Shown in pieces: positions 19,610 through 30,824 of a stretch of DNA of 64,000 bases. The notes beneath the pieces were generated by a model. That model saw only the letters and a list, made by a program, of their open reading frames with translations. It was not told the origin of the DNA and ran no database searches. Origin of the DNA: an uncultured Planctomycetota bacterium (lineage in GTDB: Bacteria; Planctomycetota; Planctomycetia; Isosphaerales; Isosphaeraceae); assembly GCA_963823665.1 (NCBI GenBank), contig CAWGMQ010000004.1, positions 2,560,001-2,624,000 on the forward strand. Direction: 5' to 3'. Every line of letters starts with the position of its first letter. Position 1 is the first letter of the stretch. The position numbers and the translations under genes were made by a program.

Positions 19610-21761
19610 TCAGCGGGTTGATGGAGGATTCTTGGGAGACTCTGTGTTGGCGACGGCGGCGGTGGTGGAAGCGGCCGGCGCGGGCCAGGTCCATTCGATG
19701 CTGTAGACGGTGGGCCGCTTGTCCGCGGGAGGACACGGGATTTCCCAGACGAACCAGCCTTTGGGAGTGGAGGGGCTGGGCACGACGCGGCCGGAGGTCG
19801 GTTTGACGCCGACGCGGATGCTCTTCCAGTGGTGTGGCTCTTCCTCGACCCGCAACCAGTAGGAGACGTTGTGATATCCGCGGGGAGGCAGATGGATGGC
19901 GAGATTGGATTTCGCGGTGGCGGGGTGGACTCGGGAACCCCACCAATCGTTTAGCTTACCGCGCGCGGATTGATCCTGGGCGGCGTTGAAGTAGACCGCG
20001 TGCGCGGCGACCTCGAACTCTTCGCCGTGGTTGCCCAGTTTCGAGACATCGACCAGAATGAAGCCGGTGAACGTGGAGTTCTTGACCGCCTTGCTCTGGT
20101 ACATGCTTTTGGCGCAGCGGACGAATTCGCGGTCGGGCCGGGGGATGTAAGGCACGACGCCGCAGCCGGAGGTATTGACCTCGATTGCGACCTTGTTGAC
20201 GACCCAGCCGGGCTTCTTGCGCAGGCGCAAGACCCTGGTGAAATAGGCCGGCTCGATGGGAGCCGCGTTGATCGCGACGTCGATCTTGGTGGGGTTTGAG
20301 CCGGGGTTCACCGGCACGGGCCGCCAATCGACGCTGTCGAAGAGCTTGCTATCCTCGAGGATTTCTACGCCGGGGAGAAACGCCTCTTCGGGCGGTGAAT
20401 CAACCCAGCGGCACCAAGGAGCGCACCCGGAGCCAGATTCGCGGGTGCCGAAGCGCGCGCTGAAGAGCGCCGGGGTGGTCAGGTACTCGCTCGCGAGCCG
20501 AGCGAGGGCAGAGCGATCGTGATGGCGCATGGCCAAGGTGTAGCCGTCCTTGGCGTGGTACCAGCGGCTGGCTCCCAGCGAGAGTACTCCGCCCAAGCTG
20601 AGTGTGGCGGCCTTCGCGAGGAAGCGCCGGCGTTCCCGGACGCGTGACTGGTCGAAGTGCCGCGAAACGTCGGCGCGGCAGGTGAGCCCGAGGCGGATGA
20701 CCTTGCGTGCGATTCGACGAACTTCACCGGCGACGGGAATGAGGACCATGCCTTCAGGCGGCGCGGCCATCGACTCGGATTCGCCCGCACCGACGAGGAC
20801 GATGCGGACACCATCTTGGGCGAGTGCCTCGAGCTTGGGCGCGAGCAAGCCGACGGGACCGGCGACTTCGGGTTTGGCGGGGCTTTCCCAGTCGACGGTC
20901 GCGGTGACCACGACCCAGGGAAAGAGCGCGCGTGAGGCGGCGCGGCCGGCCAGGTGCTGAGCGAGCCAGACGGCCATCGCACCGCTGCCCCCCACTGCGC
21001 GCCTGAGCCGAGGAAGCCGCAATTGTGCTCGAGCGTGAAGTAAGAGGAATCGCCCACGCGCGAGCGGACCTGTTCCATGGCCTTGCGGAAGCTATCGCCG
21101 AAAGGCGCGGGGTCGCTCGACCAGCAGCGGTTGTTCTGGCGGAGCAGCTCCAGCTCGACGAGCAGACCGGGGCGTAGGGAATCGGGAAGCGAGCCGCAGT
21201 GATCCCATGCGAAGACAACCCGCGCGTGGGCGCGGAACGCGCGGTGCCGGATTGATGCGGCGCGTTCCAATGCAACCGCGGCCAGACGGCGTGTGGCCCA
21301 ATTCATGCGTGAATAACCCTGAAGCTCGCGAGCGCCGGCGAGCGCTAGCTGAGCGAGCGAGTGTTCGCCTTTGCGGATCGCGCTCAAGGAGTCTCCCTTG
21401 CAGGTGGCGGCGAGCGTGCCCGAGTGCTCGTTCCAGAACGCGGCCACTTCCGGTGCGCCGCACAGCGCGGGGCTGCCCAGGACCAGAAGTCCTGGAGCCG
21501 CCGCGGATCGCGCCGGGACTCGAGCCCGACGACGAGCCGGCCGAGGAGCAGGCCCAGCACCGGGTCGAATTCGGAATCCCCGTGCCGCAGCGCGGTGTCG
21601 ACCAGCCCGCCCTCGCGCATGACCCAATCGAGGATCGGCTCATGCCGCACGATCTGAAGCCAGGCCAGATGCGACGCCAGGGCGTCATGGCTAATGGACT
21701 GCTCGAGGATCGGAAAGAACGAGCCACGATGAAGCGCATCAACCTGCTCGGTCCAGTTCAT
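19610..21761 (-). CDS. Hypothetical single-TM protein (split over ORFs 21384..21761, 20479..21627, 19610..21022)
   Basis: Overlapping same-strand ORFs; ATG 21761 overlaps a stop codon (ATGA); RRRFLAKAATLSLGGVLSLGA TM. Confidence 0.45.
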
Positions 21762-21869
21762 GATCTGCCTCTTCGGTCGAACGATTCACAAGGACCGGGA
21801 GCTCGCCACGCCGCTGCGCTTCCGACCTCGATCGGCGCGTCCGATATCGGAAGGTTGAGAGAGTCGGGT

Positions 21870-22610
21870 TCACGTATGGGCATCCGTGGCTGCCGAGGGC
21901 TGCGCGACCAGCGTGAGAGCCAACTTGGTGACCAGGCTGCCGGATGGGACGGCAAGGTCGCTTGAGCGCACGACGGCATAACCGTACTCGTTGAAAGGCT
22001 GTAGCAAGGGGACGGGCCTGCCACCCAACTCGATGACGAAGTTACACGGCGAAACCGCACCGTAGAGACGAACGGTCGCCAGGCCGTCGGTCGGATGAGG
22101 GAACACGCGGAGCCGCCTGCCGTCAGCCGACTGCAAGACGGTTTCGGATGGCCCACTGCACGAGGCGCGGGCGTCACCGACGGGCACTTCGGCCGGAGCA
22201 GCGTGTTCGTTCCCGGGCCGGGAAATTGGGTCTTTCGCGGCGATGGCGAGCACGGGGACGAACGTGACTCGCTCGGCAGCGGCCCAGGGGGTTGTACAAC
22301 GGGGGCGGCTCAATGCGCGTACCGCGCCGCGGTTGTGGCGGCTGGTGACTGCCGGCCTTGCTGGGAGCCGGACATGCTCGGACGCGTTGAGTCGCGGCAC
22401 GAGCTGGTCGTCAGGGATGCTGGCGACTCGCTCGACTGCCCTGCCCTGTGACTGGCAGCGTGCACACGTCTCCACGTGGCGTAATTCGGAATCGGTCAAG
22501 GATCCGTTCCTGGCCTCGAACCAGCGCGACAATGGTACGCAGGCGCTCGAATCAACGATTGGCGCTGGGTTTGTACCGTCCGATGACTCGCCGTCACAAT
22601 TGTTCTCCAT
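21870..22610 (-). CDS. Zinc-finger (ZAS) anti-sigma factor-like protein
   Basis: C...SLTDSELRHVETCARCQ = HxxxCxxC near the N-terminus; ECF sigma nearby. A frameshifted end may extend it to 21758. Confidence 0.6.
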   Translation of the reverse strand: MENNCDGESSDGTNPAPIVDSSACVPLSRWFEARNGSLTDSELRHVETCARCQSQGRAVERVASIPDDQLVPRLNASEHVRLPARPAVTSRHNRGAVRALSRPRCTTPWAAAERVTFVPVLAIAAKDPISRPGNEHAAPAEVPVGDARASCSGPSETVLQSADGRRLRVFPHPTDGLATVRLYGAVSPCNFVIELGGRPVPLLQPFNEYGYAVVRSSDLAVPSGSLVTKLALTLVAQPSAATDAHT

Positions 22611-22892
22611 GGTTACCTCTTCGCCCGACCGAAGGGAGGACGGGCGCAAGATTTAGGCGAGACGGCCGCACGCCGGCGGCAACCGGGCCGATCCCGGGAT
22701 GACATCTGCGCCGAACCCTTCAGCAATCCTTTACGAGAGGGGGTTCTGGGAATTTCGCGGTGCCGGTCGTGGGACGATCTGCCGAGCACGGTCATCCGCC
22801 GGGAAGATGGGGGCGGGTGACGATCGCGGCGGCGACGGCCGAGAGGTGTTGCCTGGGACGATTGGGTGCGGAGCGGGTAAGTTTGGGCCGTA

Positions 22893-24470
22893 TCAGCTCG
22901 AGAGTCGGCGGGCAGATTGTTTGAATTGCCGATAGGCGGCTGCGAGGACGCGGACGTCGAGCGGCTTGGCGAGGAGGCCGTCCATGCCGGCGCGGAGCAC
23001 TCGCTCGTGGTTCTCGGGGGTTGCCGCGCTGGTCAGGCAGAAGATGGGAACACGGCGGCTCGAGCGGCTCTTGGCGCGCATCGCGGCGGCCGTGGCGCAG
23101 CCATCCTTGCGGGGCATTTCCAGATCCATGAGGACGAAGTCGAACTCATTCCTGGCCCAGGCCTTGAGGGCGGCCTTGTAGCCATCAACGGAGGTGACGA
23201 GGACTTTGTGACGCGCGAGGATTGCGGCGGTGTCGGCGCGCACGGCCGGATCGTCGTCGACGACCATGGCGCGGCGCTGGGACGGCTGCGTTCCAGGTAG
23301 GTGCGCCAGGGTGCTGCGCGGCGGCCGTGTTTCGCTGGCCCATTTCACCGCGCCGATCGCGGCGATGACGTGCACGGCGATGGCGATGATGGCCCCGGTG
23401 CGCGACTCTGGCTCGGGCGCGAGCAGGACGAGCGTTCCGAGGGTACCCTCGCCATCTTTGATCGCCGCCGCCTGAAGCGCGTAGTGGTTGTCACCGAAGC
23501 GGAGGACTTGCTCGTCGCCACCGGGAGCGGGACTGATGACGTGCTTTGCGGCCTGTTCGGCGCCCCATTGGATGAGCGGGTCGCGCGCATCGGCGTCGGG
23601 GCGGCCCGACGAGCGGGCCGGGGTTCCGGCCGCGTCGCCGCCCGTCACGCCGTTTGGCGAAGGTGACGTGGCAATGGGTTTTCCACTGCGGTCGGTGAAA
23701 ATGAGGATCGTATCGGAGCCGACGGTGCATTCGGCGAGTCGCGACGCGATATTCCCGAGGCCGAGACCGGCGACCAGCACGGCACCGGCGGATCGATCGT
23801 TGGTGGGGACAATCCGACAGGCGTCGGCGCGATTGCCGGAGAGGCTGAGCGGCCCCTTACCGGGGTGGACTTCACCCCATCGAGGTGGGTCAGTTCCATA
23901 CGACCCATCGAGCCAAGGCTGGGCCCAGTCATCGCCGACGGCCGGTTCCATGAGCAGATCGGGGGCAGGCCCGGACGTCTTCGGGGTGATTTTGCCTGTT
24001 TTCGGTAGTTGAACGGTCAGTCGATCGGAGGGGTATTTGCGCCAGTAAGTCCAGAGGCTGCCATCGCCCCGGCGTTCGGCGAGCGCGAGGGCGCCGCCAC
24101 GTGCCGAGAAGCCAATGAAGACGAGGTCTGGATGTTCCTCGAGCCGCACGGCGAACCGCGGGGCCATGCTCTGGACGTGATCCCGGAACCAATCGTCGGT
24201 TGTTTCCTCGAGCCAATCGAACTCGTTCCGAAGAGCGCCGGTGGCGGCCTCCGCACGGTTGGTCAATCGCGCCAGGGCGCGGCGGAACTGGGCCTGGCGC
24301 ACGTATTTTCGGAGGGGGTCAAATTCAACCGCCAACTGGCAGATCGCGAGGGTGGTCAGAAAGAAGATGGCCATGCAAACCGCGACGAGCACGGCTGCCC
24401 AGAGCGACCGACGGAAGTCGCGAGCGGAGTGCCGTGATTCGTTGAGCGCGGGTTGACGGCTCATGGTCAT
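22893..24470 (-). CDS. Membrane sensor (Cache-like) fused directly to a receiver domain
   Basis: TM, periplasmic region, TM, then REC: MVVDDD, LMDLEMPRKDG, CLTS, LLAKP. No HisKA/HATPase motifs. Confidence 0.7.
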   Translation of the reverse strand: MTMSRQPALNESRHSARDFRRSLWAAVLVAVCMAIFFLTTLAICQLAVEFDPLRKYVRQAQFRRALARLTNRAEAATGALRNEFDWLEETTDDWFRDHVQSMAPRFAVRLEEHPDLVFIGFSARGGALALAERRGDGSLWTYWRKYPSDRLTVQLPKTGKITPKTSGPAPDLLMEPAVGDDWAQPWLDGSYGTDPPRWGEVHPGKGPLSLSGNRADACRIVPTNDRSAGAVLVAGLGLGNIASRLAECTVGSDTILIFTDRSGKPIATSPSPNGVTGGDAAGTPARSSGRPDADARDPLIQWGAEQAAKHVISPAPGGDEQVLRFGDNHYALQAAAIKDGEGTLGTLVLLAPEPESRTGAIIAIAVHVIAAIGAVKWASETRPPRSTLAHLPGTQPSQRRAMVVDDDPAVRADTAAILARHKVLVTSVDGYKAALKAWARNEFDFVLMDLEMPRKDGCATAAAMRAKSRSSRRVPIFCLTSAATPENHERVLRAGMDGLLAKPLDVRVLAAAYRQFKQSARRLSS

Positions 24471-24551
24471 GCCTCGGTTCAACTTGCGGCCCATCTCGGA
24501 GCGTCGAGGCTCGCCGGCGCCGACTGAGGTGGAGATTCGTCGGAGCAATCT

Positions 24552-24567
24552 AGCTAGAGGCGTGCCA
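24552..24567 (-). promoter_or_regulatory. sigma54 promoter-like element upstream of the sensor-REC gene
   Basis: Minus strand TGGCACGCCTCTAGCT = GG-N10-GC. Confidence 0.6.
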
Positions 24568-24655
24568 TTTGGAGTGTAACCGTGAAAGCCGCTCTGCAAC
24601 ACCTTGCCAGACTGATGCTTGGGTTCGACACTGAGGATTCGGCCGTGGGGTCGAG

Positions 24656-24696
24656 GCAATCCGGCAATCCGGAAGGATTCCGGAATTCCGGAAATG
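24656..24696. promoter_or_regulatory. Putative enhancer (UAS), clustered CCGG/TTCCGGAA palindromes
   Basis: GCAATCCGGCAATCCGGAAGGATTCCGGAATTCCGGAAATG, 89-129 bp upstream of the -24 box. Confidence 0.5.
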
Positions 24697-24834
24697 CGGC
24701 GTGCGGCTCGTAGATGTGATAGGCGGGTTTTTGCTAGAATCGGGCATCGACTTGAGATACCGCCAGGATTCCCTCCTCGCAACGGGCCGCGAAGGTGTGG
24801 TCGGGCCATGGGACTGCGTCGACCCTTACTACCC

Positions 24835-27800
24835 ATGCCGGCCGCGTTGCGCCGAGGAGCGCAGAACGCGTTTGATGCATTACCGTTGCGGTTGACGGTG
24901 ACGTTGCCGTTGCTGGCGGTGATTGGGTTGGCGGTGGCGGGAACCGCGGCGTGGTCGTTTCACGAGGGGCGGCTGACGGCGGAAGGATCGGCGTCGGGTT
25001 GGCGTGACGAGATTAGCTGGGGCGTGAGCCGAACGGTCGCGCTGCATCTGGGATCGTTGCGGGACATCACAGAGATGAACCTGGGGGGTCCGCGGGGAAC
25101 GACGACGATCCCGGCGAAACTGAGCGCGAAGGAGATCGGGGAATGGGAGCAGCGATTCCTCACGCAGCTCAAGGCGTTCCACGACGTTTCGTTCATCGGC
25201 CTGGGTACGGCAGGAGGCGATTTTATCGCGGCGGAGCGGCTAGAATCGGGCAGTCGGATTCGCATCGTGGTTCGCAGCGCGGAGACGCGTGGGGACGCGC
25301 GATCGTTCACTCCGCTGGACGGATTGCCGCGGGACGACGGGCACGGTGAGGCTTTGCAGCGGGGGCAAGCATACGACGCGACGAAGCGGAACTGGTACGC
25401 GAAGGCGGTGCGGGTCGACGGCGCTCCGACGTGGAGCAACGCCTTTGCGCCGGTGACCGGCGCGACGAACGCGGTGAGTGTGAGCGTGGCGGTTCTCGAC
25501 GCGAAGACCCGGGCGGTGCTGGGCGTGCTGACAGCGGGGACGAGCCTGGAGCAGCTTGGCCGCGTGCTGGAACCGGACCGGCCGATCGCCGAGGACGCCG
25601 CGCGGGCGCGGACGGTGGGCATTCTGCTTGATGGAGACGGCCAACCCGTTTGCACTGGGGATGCAACGGTGACCTCGACGCGGAGAGGCGTGGGCGAGCT
25701 TGTGCTTGCGCGGGGCGGAGGCGGAATGGATCAAGCTTCCAGAAGGAGCGCGGGCGAAGCGGGTCAGTGACCGGTCAGGCAATGCGTATTTTGTGGTGGC
25801 ACGACCGCTGGCGGACGCGGAGAGCCCTGAGCCGGGGACTGGGCCGAAACTGCCGGCGGGCTGGTCGCTCTTGATGCTGATTCCGCGAACGGAGGTGCCG
25901 TGGCTGGCCGAAGCGAGCAAGACGGCGCTGGTCGCGCTCCTCTTTTTATCGATCGCAGCCTGGACGGGGCTGGCGCTGGCGGAGGCTTTGATTCGACCGC
26001 TTGGCGAGCTGCGGGACAGAGCGGAGGCATTTGCGGAGCGGCTGGGTACGGCGTCGGTGTCGTCGACGGCACGAGGCGAGCTGCGGCAGCTTACCGAGAC
26101 AGTTGGATCGATGATCCGGAAGCTTGGCGAGCACGAGAGATCACTCTGGGCAGAGGCTCAAGCGGCAGACCGAGCGATTTGAGCTTCAATTTCGCCAGAC
26201 GGATCTTGCATTCATTGAATGGGATGACGGTTTTCGCGTTGTCCGCTGGAACGACGGGGCGAAGAAGATCTTCGGCTATTCGGAGGCAGAGGCCAAGAAC
26301 AGACCGGCGTGGGAGCTGATTCTGAGCGAGAACGCCGCGGCGGCCATAGAGCGCTTCCGGTCGATTCTCGGTGGCGAGATCGTTCCCTCGAACACGGAGA
26401 TCAACCACGACAAGCACGGGGTTCAGGTGCACTGCCGCTGGCAAAATGCGGTTCGGAAGAACAGTGACGGGCGCGTCATCGGCGTGGCCTCGGTCATTCG
26501 GGACGAGACGCGGGAGGCGAGGAGTCGCGTGGAGCTGGAGCGATTCGCTTCGTATGTGATCCACGATTGCGTTACTCCCGCCAGGGGGCTCAAGCGCGCT
26601 GGAGGAGGTCAGGAACGAAAAATACACGCAAGAGGAGCGCAGCAAGCTCCTGGAAGTCGCGGCGGAGCACTCGAAGTACCTGCACCGGAACATCGAGAAC
26701 CTCTGGGAGTCCTGCAGCTTCGGGCGGAGAACTTCGCGATCAAATCCGAGCGTTTTTCGCTGAAGTCGTGCGTCACATATGTGATTCGGAGTGCGCGACG
26801 AAAGCTGAAGCGGCGCGGCAAAACTGCCACGGTCAAGCTCGCGAAGGTAAAGCTGCCGGGAACGATTCCTGACGATCTTGTGGGGGACGAGAACAATTTG
26901 AAGCGGGTGCTGATGAATCTGCTGACGAACTCGGTCAAGTTCACCGATTCGGGGGAGATCGCGCTGGAGATTCGCGGGGGCACCCGGAATGGTCGGGCGA
27001 TCGTGGAGTTTGTGGTGAGGGACAGCGGCATCGGCATTCCGGCAGACCAGATTCCGAATGTGACGGTGGCGTTTTATCAGGTCAAGCAAGCAGACGTCGC
27101 GACTGAGGCAGGTGCGCCGCGGCGGAGGGAAGGGTGCGGACTGGGTTTGGCGATCGCGTCGGAAAGCGTTAGCGCGATGGGGGGCAAGCTGAGGATCGAA
27201 AGCAAGGTGGGGGAAGGGACGCGAGTTCGCTTCGCGCTCCGATTGGAACTGGCGCGGCGCCTGGCGACGGAGTTCCCGACACGGCGGGTGCGAGGCCGAC
27301 GGCAGAGGCCGGCGCTGGTGGCGTGGCGAGCGGCCAAGCGCGTACGGACCGGGAGTGGTGCGTTCTGCTCGTTGACGACGACAAGACACACCATAAGCTG
27401 TTCGACCTCGTTTGCAGGAGGCACGAGATCCGTACGCTGCACGCTTACAACAGCAAGGGCGCGAAACGGATGTTTGCGAAACATCACGGCGAGCTGGATG
27501 CGGTTCTTCTGGACATCCTTATGCCTGACGCGACGGGCTACGCCACTGCCGCCATGCTGCGCCGGATCGAGGCGCGATGGGCGGAGCCGCCATCCCGACA
27601 AATTCCGATCATTGCGTGCTCGGGCCTGCCCCGTAAAGAAATCTGGGAACGCTGCCGGAAATCGGGGATGAACGACTTGATCGGCAAGGGACTGGGTGCA
27701 AGCGACTTCGAGTGCGTGGTCGCGTGGTGTCGCGGCCAGGGACCGAAGGGCGCGGGCGCGACCGGATCGGCCGTTCCCGATCGCGAGGTGGCGCCGCCGC

Positions 27801-28168
27801 GGATCGGCTCAGTGCTCGAGCCCGTGAGCCTGCGGGACATGTTGCGAAGCCCGGAATGGGCGGTGAGTGTGGGAGTGGTGCTCGAGGAATTGCGCACGAT
27901 CGAGAGGGAGCTCAGCGACCGTGGATTCGAGCGGCTTGCGGATTCGGCGAGGTCGCTTCTGCTTCACAAGGTTTCGAACAAGCTCGTGGTGCTGCGGGCG
28001 GGGCGAGCCCTCGAGCTTGCGCAATCGCTGTATGCCAGGGCGGCAAGGAAGCCCGCGCAGTTTCCGTCGAGCGAGGAACGGGCGAGCCTCTTACACGAGG
28101 CGGCGATCGTGCGCGATCGCTGGCTGGAGCAAGCCGGGCGCGCGCTGCGCGCTGGCGCGAGAGGTTGA
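24835..28168 (+). CDS. Hybrid sensor histidine kinase (Cache-HAMP-PAS-HisKA-HATPase-REC), split by several frameshifts
   Basis: YDATKRNWY (Cache), IRPLGEL...ELRQLTE (HAMP), WNDGAKKIFGYS (PAS), IHD..P H-box, NLLTNSVKFT/DSGIGI/GLGLAI, VLLVDDD/LDILMP. Confidence 0.8.
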
Positions 28169-28285
28169 GCGCAGCCAAGACGGGCAAAACGGAACGGGAT
28201 GTCCACACCACAACGAGTGTCTGGCGCACGAGGTTGAGGCGGCTCGCGGGCGGTTGCTCGGCGGTCTGGAAGTGGAGACGAAGCG

Positions 28286-29710
28286 ATGAGAGTGCTTGTC
28301 GTCGACGACGAGAAGGAGATTGCCCGCCAGATCCGCGCGGGGCTCGAGAGCGACGGGTATCCGGATGTGGACGTCGCGCATGACATCGCGAGCGCACGGA
28401 AGCTCTTACAGAGCGATCAGCACGAACCATACGGGGCGATTGTGGTCGACTGGGTGCTTCCGGCGCGGCTCGATGACAAGCCCGACGAATCGGGTGGGCC
28501 CGGGTTCGTCGCCGAGCTGCGCGGCGCCGGGGAACGCAAGCCGCGCCCGTACGTGATCATGATTTCGGCACTTCCGCAAAACGCACCGGAGGCGATCGCG
28601 GCTGGCGCGGACGTGTTTTTGCCGAAGCCTGTCATATCGTTTTTGCTGGTTGCGTGCCTGATGCAGGCCGCGCGGCGGCAGGAAGCGGAGGTGGATCAGA
28701 CACGGGAATTGATCGAGGTGCTGGCCGCCGACAAGGCTGGCAATGCGTTCGTGGCGACCGGGCTTGAGGAAGTGATACGGGTCGTGAACCAGGTTGCCCG
28801 GCTTATGAGCAGCGTATTGATCACCGGCGAGACGGGAACCGGGAAAGAGTTAATCGCGTATGCACTTCACAAGCTAAGCCCGCGAGCGAAAATGCCATAC
28901 GTGGCGGCGAACTGCGCAGGGCTCTCCGAAACGCTGGCCGATAGCCAGTTGTTCGGACACAAGAAGGGAGCCTTCACCGGCGCGCACGCCGATCACCGGG
29001 GCTATTTCGAGAGTGCGCAGGGGGGCACGATTCTGCTTGACGAGGTCGGCGACTTGCCACTTTCGGTGCAATCGAAGCTGTTGAGGGCTTTGCAGGAGCG
29101 TACGATTCGGCCGCTGGGCGCGGAGCGAGATATTAACCTGAACGTGCGTGTGATCTCGGCGACCAAGCAGCCGCTCGATCGCTTGGTCGCGGACGGCCGA
29201 TTCCGGGACGACTTGTTCTATCGGCTCAATGTCGTTCGCATCGAGATGCCGACGCTTCGTCAGCGGCCGGGTGCGATCGCCGAAATGGCCCGGACGTTCT
29301 ACGCTCATTTCCGCGCGGAGCTCGGGGCTGAGGAGCGACTGGCGGACGAGTTGCCCCCGGCGCTCATTTCGCTGCTGGAGTCTCGCGAGTGGAAGGGGAA
29401 CGCGCGCGGGCTTTCGAATGCGATCGAGAGCGCGGTCGCCAGGGCGAGCGGTACCAACCTTACACCGGCGGAGTTCGTCGAGAGTGCACCGGTGCGATCG
29501 CCCGAGGAGTCGATTGAGTTCTACGCCAAATGTCTGCCCGCGTTCCCCTGCAACTTCGCGCACGAGCGCGACAACTTTATTGACGCGCTTATCCGCCAGG
29601 CGCTGTGCGCTGGTGGCAATCAATCGCAGGCGTCCAAGTTATTGAACATGAACGACTCGACGCTGAACGACAGGGTCCAGAAAATGAGGGAGCGCGGAAT
29701 CTCGCTTTGA
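28286..29710 (+). CDS. NtrC-family sigma54-dependent response regulator
   Basis: REC (VLVVDDE, DWVLP, LPKP), GETGTGKE, GAFTGA, LLDEVGD, FRDDLFYRLNV, Fis-type HTH. Confidence 0.95.
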   Translation: MRVLVVDDEKEIARQIRAGLESDGYPDVDVAHDIASARKLLQSDQHEPYGAIVVDWVLPARLDDKPDESGGPGFVAELRGAGERKPRPYVIMISALPQNAPEAIAAGADVFLPKPVISFLLVACLMQAARRQEAEVDQTRELIEVLAADKAGNAFVATGLEEVIRVVNQVARLMSSVLITGETGTGKELIAYALHKLSPRAKMPYVAANCAGLSETLADSQLFGHKKGAFTGAHADHRGYFESAQGGTILLDEVGDLPLSVQSKLLRALQERTIRPLGAERDINLNVRVISATKQPLDRLVADGRFRDDLFYRLNVVRIEMPTLRQRPGAIAEMARTFYAHFRAELGAEERLADELPPALISLLESREWKGNARGLSNAIESAVARASGTNLTPAEFVESAPVRSPEESIEFYAKCLPAFPCNFAHERDNFIDALIRQALCAGGNQSQASKLLNMNDSTLNDRVQKMRERGISL

Positions 29711-29917
29711 AACTCGGTTGTGCTCATCGGCGGCGGGTGCGCGGGGGAGGCGAGTGCCGCCGTAAACGTACCAGTCTCCTTCGCACCACCCGTAGTTCGT
29801 CACACCGGCTCGCCAGGCGCTGCAGGACCTGGTTTTGATGGGAATTCACTAGGCACGATTTTCCCAGGCCGTGAAGGCATCGCTAACACGCTCGAACTGC
29901 GCAACCTGCTGCGCAGC

Positions 29918-30369
29918 TTATGAGGCGACGCCCGCTTGATCGAGCAAGGTGGCGAGGCGGTCAAGCTCCTCGCGGGTCTGGTAGTCGATGATGATCTGGC
30001 CGCGATCGGAATTTCTTGCGCGGATCAAGACCGTGGTGCCCAGGTAGCGATGGAATCGCTGCTCTAGATCGAGGAAATGGGGGGCGCGGGCCACGATTTC
30101 GTGAGCGGGGTCTTTTCTGACCCGGGTGCGCGAGGGGGTGGGGATTCCGGTGGTGACCAAGGCCTCGGTCTGACGGACCGAGAGGTGTTCTTCGATGATT
30201 CGCTTGCAGGCCTCGGACTGGCTCTCGGCGTCGGGGAGGCCCAGGAGCGCGCGGGCGTGTCCCTGGGTGATTTCATTGCGGCGGACCGCTTCGAGGACGT
30301 CTTGCGGCAAGTCGAGGAACCGGATCAGGTTCGAGAGCGTGGATCGATCGACGCCCAAGCAGCCGGCGA
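29918..30369 (-). pseudogene. parB: Diverged duplicate of the 3' half of parB
   Basis: Aligns with 45797-46226 with mostly synonymous differences; homology starts inside the HTH (AG.LGVDRST). Confidence 0.9.
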
Positions 30370-30509
30370 TTAACCTAGAGCCTTTTCGGTGCATCAGACT
30401 AAACAGATAAATTTATATCAATTCGACTAGTTTTGGCCAGCTTTTGCGTCTCAAGCTCAGTGATGGGACGGCAATTGCCCCCCCAATCGGCTCTTACGTT
30501 AACGCCTAT

Positions 30510-30567
30510 GGGGGTTCCCCCCTCGAGGATTTTAAGTCCTCAGCGTCTGCCTTTCCGCCACGCCGGC
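30510..30567 (-). pseudogene. 5' part of tRNA-Leu(UAA), lacking the T-arm and 3' acceptor strand
   Basis: GCCGGCG-TG-GCGGAAAGGCAGACGC-T-GAGGA-CTTAAAA-TCCTC plus variable arm, then unrelated sequence. Confidence 0.85.
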
Positions 30568-30824
30568 ACGATTCGGACCCACCGCAAGTCGAGAATCGGA
30601 CCGCCGCTCACCGCACGGATCAGCCGCCAATCAAACTCGGCGAACAGCATCCGGGGCATGGGACAGCCTGAAAGGCCGCCGCCACCGGCGATCAAATTGA
30701 CTGGTGTACCGGCGAGCCGATTGGGCGTATATTGGCTTCCAGGAGGATTCGCGCCGCAGGTCGCCCTCATCATCATGACCGGCGGCCGGTCCCGAGCGCC
30801 GTTGACTTGAATCAGGGAGCCTTG

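Noticed and set aside
29851..29866. Third sigma54 promoter (AGGCACGATTTTCCCA)
   Set aside because: It lacks the -12 GC and has no downstream gene in that orientation
30370..30567. Group I intron in tRNA-Leu(UAA)
   Set aside because: The anticodon loop is uninterrupted, the break is after the variable arm, and no T-arm exon follows
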